From NCBI GenBank assembly GCA_050297855.1, contig JBNKTC010000009.1, forward strand, positions 9,221 to 73,220: a stretch of DNA of 64,000 bases, written 5' to 3'. Origin of the DNA: Campylobacterales bacterium. GTDB lineage: Bacteria > Campylobacterota > Campylobacteria > Campylobacterales > SZUA-545. The translations under genes were made by a program, and so were the position numbers. The notes beneath the pieces were generated by a model that saw only the letters and a program-made list of their open reading frames with translations, was not told where the DNA came from and ran no database searches. Shown piece by piece: positions 47,504 through 55,980 of the stretch. Position 1 is the first letter of the stretch. Each line of letters starts with the position of its first letter.

Positions 47504-47524
47504 TCTCACATTATTTATGTGAGA
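47504..47524. promoter_or_regulatory. Perfect 8-bp inverted repeat (TCTCACAT-tattt-ATGTGAGA), candidate operator
   Basis: It sits immediately upstream of the RBS (AAGAGG) of the HTH gene. A second perfect inverted repeat, AATGTTTA-12 nt-TAAACATT, lies at 47422-47449. Confidence 0.4.
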
Positions 47525-47535
47525 AAGAGGCTGTG

Positions 47536-47754
47536 ATGACTTACAAAGAATTTGAGGATGCGCTAAAATTAGCTGGGATCGATAAAAAAGCATTTTCCAG
47601 AATGACAGGTCTTAACTACACTTCAATCACCAATTGGAGTCAAGAGGGAAAAACGATTCCATTCTGGGTAAAGTCATACCTAGAATACTTCACGAAATCC
47701 AAGCTTTATGACGAGATGGCTTCAAAAATGGCAGAGGTTCAGAAACGGTCGTAA
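47536..47754 (+). CDS. Small XRE/Cro-like helix-turn-helix protein
   Basis: Track ORF from 47494. I prefer MTYKEF at 47536 (AAGAGG RBS). ...IDKKAFSRMTGLNYTSITNWSQEGK... is a typical HTH_3-like turn. Confidence 0.6.
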   Translation: MTYKEFEDALKLAGIDKKAFSRMTGLNYTSITNWSQEGKTIPFWVKSYLEYFTKSKLYDEMASKMAEVQKRS

Positions 47755-47764
47755 TAAAGAGGGT

Positions 47765-47786
47765 AAAAGGGACTCGTCCCGTTTTT
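47765..47786. terminator. Bidirectional hairpin between the HTH gene and the three-gene operon
   Basis: AAAAGGGAC-tc-GTCCCGTTTTT. GC stem flanked by an A-run and a T-run, between convergent stops (47754 and 47795). Confidence 0.6.
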
Positions 47787-47794
47787 CTGAAGTG

Positions 47795-49078
47795 TTATGC
47801 ACCAGGATTAATATTTGACATATATTCAAAACCATCAGCACTTAGGACAAAACTAAAATTTTCCATACCAAAAAAATCATATATGTCCGGTTTACTATAT
47901 TCTTGGAGTAATCCTTCCCTAAACATCGATTCAAATTGTACAACAAGAGCTGAATATGAAAGATCATCAAAAAGATTTTGAGTAGTAAATTCCAAGCTAT
48001 TTTCACCAGTTTGAATAAGTTTTAAAGACAAAATCCATAAAAGTAATTCTTCAAATTTTGCATCTTTTCTATCATCTGATAAAAAATCGATTGATTGCAT
48101 CAAAATTATGTCAAAAACATCTGCAGGCATGTTATGCGGCAAAAATCTTTCTAATCCGAGTTCAACTTTAAAAATATGTTTATGAAAGGTATTTGTAACT
48201 TCTTCTTCATTTCTGAAAACAGATACATCTTCTGCTTTCAAAAAGTGCCAATCTTTTCGAATACCATCTACGTAACTAGGATATGCGTCACATATATCAT
48301 TAAAAAGGGAAATTAAGCGCTGGTAATGCTCTTCTGATGTCCAATGCTGACCAATAAGCTTTTGATTGGGAAACCTAAATGATATATCCTGATAATTATC
48401 AGATGAGAGAATTGAGTTACAATAATTTGCAAATGAATAATTACCTTTTTCATCTTTTGACTCCAATTTCCCATATGTCATTAATCCAATGTTTTCATGC
48501 TGATTTTTAACACGTAATTTGTATTCAAGTCCATCTCTTGTTTCTCTTCGATTTATTCCAACGATATTTTGCTTTAATGCGTCTTTATAAATTTGTGAAA
48601 AATTTTTTAGATTTTTTGAATTCGAACTTTTTATTTCAATAAGAGGAAGTGTTTTTCTTATCTTTTTAGTAATGTATTGTTGTCTATTTTTATTTATCCT
48701 ACTACTTTTGAACACATCCACTGGTATAGTCTCTGGTCCTTCAAAGAAAAAGCCTTTCGAATTTAACTGACTAGTAATATATTCATTTATATCATCGAAG
48801 CAACCCATTGGATACCATTCAGTTTTTCCATTAGTCTCTTGTTTGAGAGGTATAGTAAAATTGTAATGTGAAAATGTACTCTTGATTTTATCTTCTAGTT
48901 TTTTAGCATCTTTTCGACTATCCATCCTAATCGCTTGAGATTTGCTTCCGAAAGGTCCAAAGTTCTTTAAATCTTTTTGAACTCTTCCATTTTTTACAGC
49001 AAACCTTGATGATATACCCACTTTAAAGCATAATTCATCTTTTCGCACCAAAAGATATAGAAAATGTTTACCTAACAT
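47795..49078 (-). CDS. T5orf172 (MUG113) / GIY-YIG-superfamily domain protein with about 300-aa unassigned C-terminal region (operon gene 3)
   Basis: Track ORF to 49099. I prefer the ATG at 49078 (AAGGTGA RBS 5 nt upstream). N-terminus FLYLLVRKDELCFKVGISS...RVQKDL...AKKLEDKIKSTFSHYNF...NGKTEWY matches my memory of the T5orf172 pattern (Y.l....KIGit...R...L...E..lH..f......g.tEWF). Confidence 0.7.
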   Translation of the reverse strand: MLGKHFLYLLVRKDELCFKVGISSRFAVKNGRVQKDLKNFGPFGSKSQAIRMDSRKDAKKLEDKIKSTFSHYNFTIPLKQETNGKTEWYPMGCFDDINEYITSQLNSKGFFFEGPETIPVDVFKSSRINKNRQQYITKKIRKTLPLIEIKSSNSKNLKNFSQIYKDALKQNIVGINRRETRDGLEYKLRVKNQHENIGLMTYGKLESKDEKGNYSFANYCNSILSSDNYQDISFRFPNQKLIGQHWTSEEHYQRLISLFNDICDAYPSYVDGIRKDWHFLKAEDVSVFRNEEEVTNTFHKHIFKVELGLERFLPHNMPADVFDIILMQSIDFLSDDRKDAKFEELLLWILSLKLIQTGENSLEFTTQNLFDDLSYSALVVQFESMFREGLLQEYSKPDIYDFFGMENFSFVLSADGFEYMSNINPGA

Positions 49079-49154
49079 TGTTTCACCTTTTAAAAGCATA
49101 AGAAAAAAGACCTCTTTATTCCATGTATTTCAATGCTGAATCTTTAAAATATCA

Positions 49155-50843
49155 CTATTCTTCAACACCCTCGTCTTTCGGTTGTATTGGGATAGGAGTA
49201 CTACGAATAATTCGAGATGATGAACTTGGACTAATACCATGCAAGGCATACTCTTTTAGATTTGAAAAATCTGAATAATCCAACTTTCCATCATATCCCC
49301 ACATACCTGATTCATATTCGATATGAGGTCGCTTTTCTCCATCTTTTTCTAACTCTTCTATCCAAAAACATGGATTAAGGTTTGCTTTTGGTCTGATTGC
49401 ACATTTTACTCCTCGTAATCTCGAATAGGCTTGTTCAGCATACGCCTTCATATAGAAGTTCCCTTCTGAATCGATATCTTGTATAAGCCAAGTTAATATG
49501 TGCCCCATAAACTCTTCCGAATGGCTTTCTACCGGGATTAAACAACGGGACCAAAAACAACCTATATTTAAATGTTTTGCCACTCTACCAAGTTGAACAA
49601 TAGATTCAAAAACAGCGACAATCGTCTGCATAGATTTCAACTTGGCTGCATTACAACCAAGGAACGAAAGGCTTTCCATACACCGATAAGCAAAATGTGA
49701 ATTCCCGCTATAAAAGGCCGATACACCTAATTTTTTTATGTCATGTGCATAGACAGAAATATTATATTTATCCAATTCCGCTATACCATCTGATGAATTC
49801 TCTACTTCTAATCGATAGATTCCTAGCTCTATTACATGCTGAAGGGTATTAAGTATTTTTATAGGCTCAATAACGCTCTTCGATTCTAGCATTATTGTAC
49901 CAATCCATACTGCATCCGATGCAACAGATCTTGTCATATCAGAACATGGATGTGCCAAGGCTTCCTTTTTTGTCAAGAATGTACAAAGCTCACTCGAAAG
50001 AGACTGAAAAAACATGCCACTTTTATCTAAATCAGCTATATGAGTAATGATTGCGTGCAAACGTTTTTGTGCAATTTTTTTCATTCCACTATAAATCTCA
50101 TATGTCTCTTCATTTGCTGATTTATATGAATAGGTCGCAAGAACTAATTTCAGAATTGCATTTAGTGACTGTCGAAATACTGGATAATCATTATTCTCAA
50201 TCGATAATTTTGTTATAACTGCAATGGAATCCCATAGATCATTAGGCTCAACCCCCCATACACTTGGTTCAAAATCATATGCATGGGTAGGTATTTGAAA
50301 TTTATCTCTATTTTTTAAATACTCTTGATGATCATCAACCTCTTTTTTTAATTCTCTTGAGATCATTCCTAAATATCTACCTATAGCTTTGTCACTCAAA
50401 CGTTTTTCAATAAACTGACTAGGACTTAAATATTTAGAAGTGAGTTCCGCATTATCTACTGATGATAAGACTAAAACTGGGAGTATCCACAATGCTATTT
50501 TTCCAAAGTATTCTGGAGCGACCAAAAAGGAAACCAGTGGCAAGAATGGCAGAATCAATAAAAGAATTATGTTGAACCATTGCCTTTGAGTAACTTCATT
50601 ATAAATTGCTTTATATTTTGAAAGTTGGTACCCAAAAAAAGTAAAGTTAATTGAGAAAACAGCTATCGTAAAATTTATACCCAATAACCAAGGAGTGATT
50701 TTTTCTAGGTTCTGATTTAATGAACCAATTACTATCAACAGTTCAAGAATCAGTAAAACAATTAATCTCAAAGACAAACTCCAATCGTCTACAATATTTT
50801 GTTTTCTAGATACAGCATAACGAGACAGCATATTCTTTTCCAT
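49155..50843 (-). CDS. Membrane protein: four N-terminal TM helices + about 420-aa unassigned soluble domain (operon gene 2)
   Basis: 562 aa. Hydrophobic segments LRLIVLLILELLIVIGSL, WLLGINFTIAVFSINFTFFGY, WFNIILLLILPFLPLVSFLV and FGKIALWILPVLVLSSV. The rest has no motif I recognise. Confidence 0.7.
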   Translation of the reverse strand: MEKNMLSRYAVSRKQNIVDDWSLSLRLIVLLILELLIVIGSLNQNLEKITPWLLGINFTIAVFSINFTFFGYQLSKYKAIYNEVTQRQWFNIILLLILPFLPLVSFLVAPEYFGKIALWILPVLVLSSVDNAELTSKYLSPSQFIEKRLSDKAIGRYLGMISRELKKEVDDHQEYLKNRDKFQIPTHAYDFEPSVWGVEPNDLWDSIAVITKLSIENNDYPVFRQSLNAILKLVLATYSYKSANEETYEIYSGMKKIAQKRLHAIITHIADLDKSGMFFQSLSSELCTFLTKKEALAHPCSDMTRSVASDAVWIGTIMLESKSVIEPIKILNTLQHVIELGIYRLEVENSSDGIAELDKYNISVYAHDIKKLGVSAFYSGNSHFAYRCMESLSFLGCNAAKLKSMQTIVAVFESIVQLGRVAKHLNIGCFWSRCLIPVESHSEEFMGHILTWLIQDIDSEGNFYMKAYAEQAYSRLRGVKCAIRPKANLNPCFWIEELEKDGEKRPHIEYESGMWGYDGKLDYSDFSNLKEYALHGISPSSSSRIIRSTPIPIQPKDEGVEE

Positions 50844-50855
50844 TTCTCTAAATAA

Positions 50856-51770
50856 TTATTTTTTCCAATATTGTTTCTCCAACGTTTCGTACACAAAATC
50901 TGATAAGAAACTATGAAGGAAAGGTTGTTTTTTTTGCCAATATTCAGAATAAAGGTCACAAACTACCCTTTGACAAACTTTTAAGACCTCCAACAATTTC
51001 TTATCAAGCATAATCAATAATTCTGTCATATGGTACTCATACATAAAATAGTCCCCATATGCAGCATCACTACCTATATCATTATCTTGAACAAACTGTT
51101 TAGGTGTTGGAATATCCCATGCTATGTCTAGAATGAAACATATAGAAAAAATCGAACTTAACAAAAAATTAAAATCAAAGAGAACTTCGTCATCTTCTAC
51201 AAGCATATGAAAATCTCTACGTATATTGTTATAGTAAAAATTTGAAAAAGACTTGTAAAGATTAGGTAATGATATAAATTTCTCTTCCATCTTATTAAGG
51301 TTTTCTGTCCACCTATAAGCATTTAAAAATACTTCTACATTGAACTCATCAGAATTATAAAACTCGTAATAAAAATTATTATCACTTGAATATCTATTGT
51401 AATTTTGTCGAACATAATCAGCAACAGATTTGAAATAGATTTTTTTCTTTGTCTCATCTATGAGAAGTAAAAATGCTGGGATGTTTGAATTCAACCAATA
51501 ATTAGTTGTATTTTTATTTACTTTATATAATCTATATTTTCCAGAATTATCAAAGTTAACATTGGCAGTAGATTTTAGTTGAAATGATGTGAATATTCCA
51601 GTAACTTGGTTTTTGGAGTTTACTAACTCTATCAGAGCGTCTATTCCATAATCTCTTTCTGACAGTTGTCGAACGAGCCAATGATTTGGAATATTATTCT
51701 CAAATACTTTGTATGAAACTGTTTCTTTGATGTGATTTATTGCTCTTATTGGAAAATTTTGTTCAAACAC
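50856..51770 (-). CDS. DUF4365-like (PD-(D/E)xK restriction-endonuclease-fold) protein with about 180-aa unassigned C-terminal region (operon gene 1)
   Basis: 304 aa, GTG start (AGGA 9 nt upstream). N-terminus ...HIKETVSYKVFENNIPNHWLVRQLSERDYGIDALIELV...GIFTSFQLKS... fits my memory of the DUF4365 pattern (E..s......gw.......DyGiD..ie.........vQvK). Confidence 0.65.
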   Translation of the reverse strand: MFEQNFPIRAINHIKETVSYKVFENNIPNHWLVRQLSERDYGIDALIELVNSKNQVTGIFTSFQLKSTANVNFDNSGKYRLYKVNKNTTNYWLNSNIPAFLLLIDETKKKIYFKSVADYVRQNYNRYSSDNNFYYEFYNSDEFNVEVFLNAYRWTENLNKMEEKFISLPNLYKSFSNFYYNNIRRDFHMLVEDDEVLFDFNFLLSSIFSICFILDIAWDIPTPKQFVQDNDIGSDAAYGDYFMYEYHMTELLIMLDKKLLEVLKVCQRVVCDLYSEYWQKKQPFLHSFLSDFVYETLEKQYWKK

Positions 51771-51985
51771 TATAAAATCCTGTACTGTTTTAATAAAGTA
51801 AAAGTATCACTAAGACTAACTTAAAATATTTATGTATTTATCATTATTAAACTATAAGAAGGTGATATAAATTCAAGGAAGAAACAGGGAGAACGACGCA
51901 AAAGTTGCGGTGCTATTTGTTATTTTTTATTTAGTGTGCGTAGATTTGGAGGGTTGGGGGAAGGAGCTTACTGTAGTAAGTGACT

Positions 51986-52012
51986 GAGCACAACATCCGA
52001 AGATGCGTGCTC
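51986..52012 (-). terminator. Hairpin downstream of ilvC
   Basis: Minus strand: GAGCACGCATC-ttcg-GATGTTGTGCTC (TTCG loop, one bulge), 16 nt after the ilvC stop. The T-run precedes rather than follows it, so the assignment is tentative. Confidence 0.35.
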
Positions 52013-52027
52013 AAAATAAAAAAGAGA

Positions 52028-53152
<1,125 letters not shown>

Positions 53153-53226
53153 CTACAATTTAGAAGAAAATATATATAATTGAAAGTAGAATCTGACAAG
53201 CTAAAATTTATGATGACGGGATACCT

Positions 53227-54042
53227 ATGAGTGAACTTGACACCACCTTGACAAAACGAATCAAAGCGCTTCCGCCGCTGCCCGAATCGGTCATCCAGAT
53301 CCAGGCGATCTGCTCGGACCCCAACTCGGGCCTTTCCGACCTGGCCAAAGTCGTCGACAAAGACCCGATGCTGACGGCCAACCTGCTCAAGGCGGCCAAC
53401 TCGCCGCTCTACGGCTTCTCCCGGGAGATCACCAATGTCAACCAGGCGGTCTCGCTTTTCGGGATGGCGACCGTGAAGGGCTTTGCCCTCGCCAGCGCCG
53501 TCAAGGATACGATCAAGATCGACATGAGCCCCTACGGCCGTACGCCCGACGACTTCTCCACCGTCGCCCAGAAGCAGAGCGCGCTGATGCTCAACTGGTA
53601 CACGAAGATCGACCGTGACATGATGAACATCCTCGCCCCCGCCTCATTCCTGGACGGCGTCGGCGAGATCATCATCGCCGCCGAGATCATCAACCAGGGC
53701 AAAACGGCCGAGTTCCTGGCCGATATCGAATCGAGCAAGACGATCGAAGAGGTGGAGCAGAAGTATTTTGACGTCACCTCCCAGCAGGTGGCCGCGGAGG
53801 TCTTTACCAAGTGGCGCCTGGAGCCCCTCATGATCGAAGCGATCGGGGTCAGCCACGATCCGGCGAGTGCCGAAGACGAATCGATCAAACCCTACGCCTA
53901 CGCCCTTAAAGCGGTACGCAACGCCATCAACCTCAAAGAGAGCCTGACCGACGACTCCATCAAGATGGCCCTGGAGGTCCTTGACGAAGCGGGAGTGGAT
54001 AAAAAAGGCTTTTTAGACGCCGTCGAGATCGTGAAGCAATAG
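53227..54042 (+). CDS. HDOD-domain signalling protein
   Basis: LPPLPESVIQIQAICSDPNSGLSDLAKVVDKDPMLTANLLKAANSPLYGFSREITNVNQAVSLFG is the canonical HDOD N-terminus. Confidence 0.85.
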   Translation: MSELDTTLTKRIKALPPLPESVIQIQAICSDPNSGLSDLAKVVDKDPMLTANLLKAANSPLYGFSREITNVNQAVSLFGMATVKGFALASAVKDTIKIDMSPYGRTPDDFSTVAQKQSALMLNWYTKIDRDMMNILAPASFLDGVGEIIIAAEIINQGKTAEFLADIESSKTIEEVEQKYFDVTSQQVAAEVFTKWRLEPLMIEAIGVSHDPASAEDESIKPYAYALKAVRNAINLKESLTDDSIKMALEVLDEAGVDKKGFLDAVEIVKQ

Positions 54043-55980
54043 ATGCGCGAACTCCTTCTCAAGCTGGTTAACGGCGTCAGTAAAAAAGAGCTCTCCAAAG
54101 AGGAGCTAAAACAGCTCAAACCCCTCATTAAAAAACGGATCCTCAAAGAGGGGAAATACTTTAAGTTCAACAGCGACTACCGCGCCGGGAAAGTGGAGAT
54201 CATCCAGAGCTCCGGCATCGGCTTTCTCGTCCAGATCGGCGTTTCCGGCAAAGACCTGGTGATCGAAAAGCGCGACCTGAACGGGGCCAAGCAGGACGAC
54301 CTGGTCATCTGCCGCCGCGACTTCCGTAAAAAAGGGCGCCCGGGCTGCGTCGTCGAGTACGTTGCCCAGCGTGCCGTGGAGTACGCCATCTGTTACCTCA
54401 AAAACGACCCCGACAGCAAAGTGACCGCCTACGACCTGCGGACCGGCGAGCGCATCCACCTGCGGACCAAGCAGAAGGCCCTGCGCCCCCTGCCCGACCT
54501 GACGGTCGTCAAGGTGGACAACACGATCCAGGATATCGTCGAGGTGCTGGGGGTCCTCACCGACCCCGCCGTCGATGAGAAGATCACCCTCGCCTACGCA
54601 GGCCGCACCGAGGAGTTCTCCGGCCGTATCCTCAAGGAGGTGCGCAGCTACGGTGACAGTGTGGACAAAGGGATGTACCCCAACCGTAAGGATATCACCG
54701 ACCTGCCGCTCGTCACCATCGACCCCAAAACGGCCAAGGACTACGACGACGCCATCTATTTCGACGAAGCCAACATGGAGCTCTACGTCGCCATTGCCGA
54801 TGTCACCTCCTATGTCAACCCCTTCTCCGCCACGGACGAAGAGGCGAAAAAGCGGGGCTTTACCCTCTACCTCCCCCACAAATCGATCCCGATGCTCCCG
54901 CGCGAACTCTCCGAGAACCTCTGTTCGCTCGTCCCCAACGAGGAGCGCCTCTCCTTTGTCTTTAAGATCAAGCTCTCCAAGGAGGGGTACCAGATCGTCA
55001 AGTACGACCTCTTCGAGGCGGTCATCCGCTCCAAGCGGCGCTTTACCTACGAGCAGGTCGACGAGATCTTCGAAGAGGGGGTAAAAACGGCGGGGGACGA
55101 ACGCTTTTTCGGCTTCCTGGAGCCCCTGGCCAAGATCACCGAGCGCATCCGCGCCGACCGCCTGGCCAAAGGCTTCGACTTCGAAAACGCCGAGATCCGG
55201 ATGAACCTGGACGAGGAGCTGAACCTCGTCTCTACGGAAAAAGAGGAGCAGACCCTCTCCCACCGGATCATCGAGGAGTGCATGCTGCTGGCCAACCGCT
55301 GCGCGGCGTCGTACTTTAACGAAGGGATCTTCCGGATCCACGAAGCCCCCGACGGCAAGAGCATGAAACAGCTCAGCGAAGCGCTCATCGAGGTGGGGAT
55401 CGAGCCGGTCTTCCACGACAACGTCTACGACATGATCAGCGAGGTCCAGGACAAGGCCGTAGCCCTCGGTGTCAAAGAGCAGGTGGACAGCCTCATCATC
55501 CGCTCCCTCAAGCGGGCCGAGTACAACTACCTCAACAAAGGGCACTTCGGCCTGGGCTTCGACAACTATACCCACTTCACCTCGCCCATCCGCCGCTACT
55601 CGGACCTGATCCTCCACCGGCTCTTAAAGGCGATCATCTACCGCGACGGCAAGCTGGAGCGCTACATCCTCTCCAACCTCCCCTTCCTCACCGAGGACAT
55701 CAGTGCCCTGGAGCGCAAGACGACCAAGGCGGAGTGGGACTACGAAGACCGCGTCTTCGCCCGCTGGGCGGAGAAGAACATCGGCAAGGACTTCGAAGCG
55801 GTCATCGTCGACCTCCACCCGACCAAGGACACCGTCGTCAAGCTGGATGATACGATCTCCGGCGCCCGCATCTTTGTCAAACGGGACAAGATGGAGCACA
55901 CCCTCTTCGAACGGGTCAAAGTGCGCCTGACGGGAAGCAACATCGCCACAACACGCATCTCGGGGGAGTTCGTTGTATAA
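54043..55980 (+). CDS. rnr: Ribonuclease R / RNase II-family exoribonuclease
   Basis: 645 aa. RNB motifs VTIDPKTAKDYDDAIYF, HFGLG..YTHFTSPIRRYSDLILHR, and a C-terminal S1-like region. Confidence 0.9.
   Translation: MRELLLKLVNGVSKKELSKEELKQLKPLIKKRILKEGKYFKFNSDYRAGKVEIIQSSGIGFLVQIGVSGKDLVIEKRDLNGAKQDDLVICRRDFRKKGRPGCVVEYVAQRAVEYAICYLKNDPDSKVTAYDLRTGERIHLRTKQKALRPLPDLTVVKVDNTIQDIVEVLGVLTDPAVDEKITLAYAGRTEEFSGRILKEVRSYGDSVDKGMYPNRKDITDLPLVTIDPKTAKDYDDAIYFDEANMELYVAIADVTSYVNPFSATDEEAKKRGFTLYLPHKSIPMLPRELSENLCSLVPNEERLSFVFKIKLSKEGYQIVKYDLFEAVIRSKRRFTYEQVDEIFEEGVKTAGDERFFGFLEPLAKITERIRADRLAKGFDFENAEIRMNLDEELNLVSTEKEEQTLSHRIIEECMLLANRCAASYFNEGIFRIHEAPDGKSMKQLSEALIEVGIEPVFHDNVYDMISEVQDKAVALGVKEQVDSLIIRSLKRAEYNYLNKGHFGLGFDNYTHFTSPIRRYSDLILHRLLKAIIYRDGKLERYILSNLPFLTEDISALERKTTKAEWDYEDRVFARWAEKNIGKDFEAVIVDLHPTKDTVVKLDDTISGARIFVKRDKMEHTLFERVKVRLTGSNIATTRISGEFVV

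Larger units (their letters stand above)
47060..51980. other. AT-rich, probably horizontally acquired islet
   Basis: Hand GC counts on 60-nt lines are 23% (48001), 32% (50041) and 27% (51301). Compare 50% in purC (44401), 48% in ilvC (52201) and 63% in the ICMT gene (46141). Boundaries are approximate. No integrase, transposase or tRNA seen. Confidence 0.7.

Noticed and set aside
47060-51980. Calling the AT-rich islet a prophage, an integrative element or an IS-bounded transposon.
   Set aside because: I could detect no integrase, transposase, tRNA target, structural phage genes or terminal inverted or direct repeats by eye.
54106-55617. 503-aa ORF antisense to rnr, and similar long antisense ORFs at 5127-6035, 6084-7088, 9513-10601, 13142-14245, 13374-14363, 15181-15987, 18326-19015, 20895-21572, 21983-22633, 27937-28995, 41790-42572, 51980-52540, 59271-59981 and 61921-62829.
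   Set aside because: Each lies fully inside, and opposite to, a gene with an unmistakable family signature. Their translations are low-complexity (Asp/Val/Gly/Arg/Leu-rich) and lack motifs. They are typical shadow ORFs of GC-biased codon usage.
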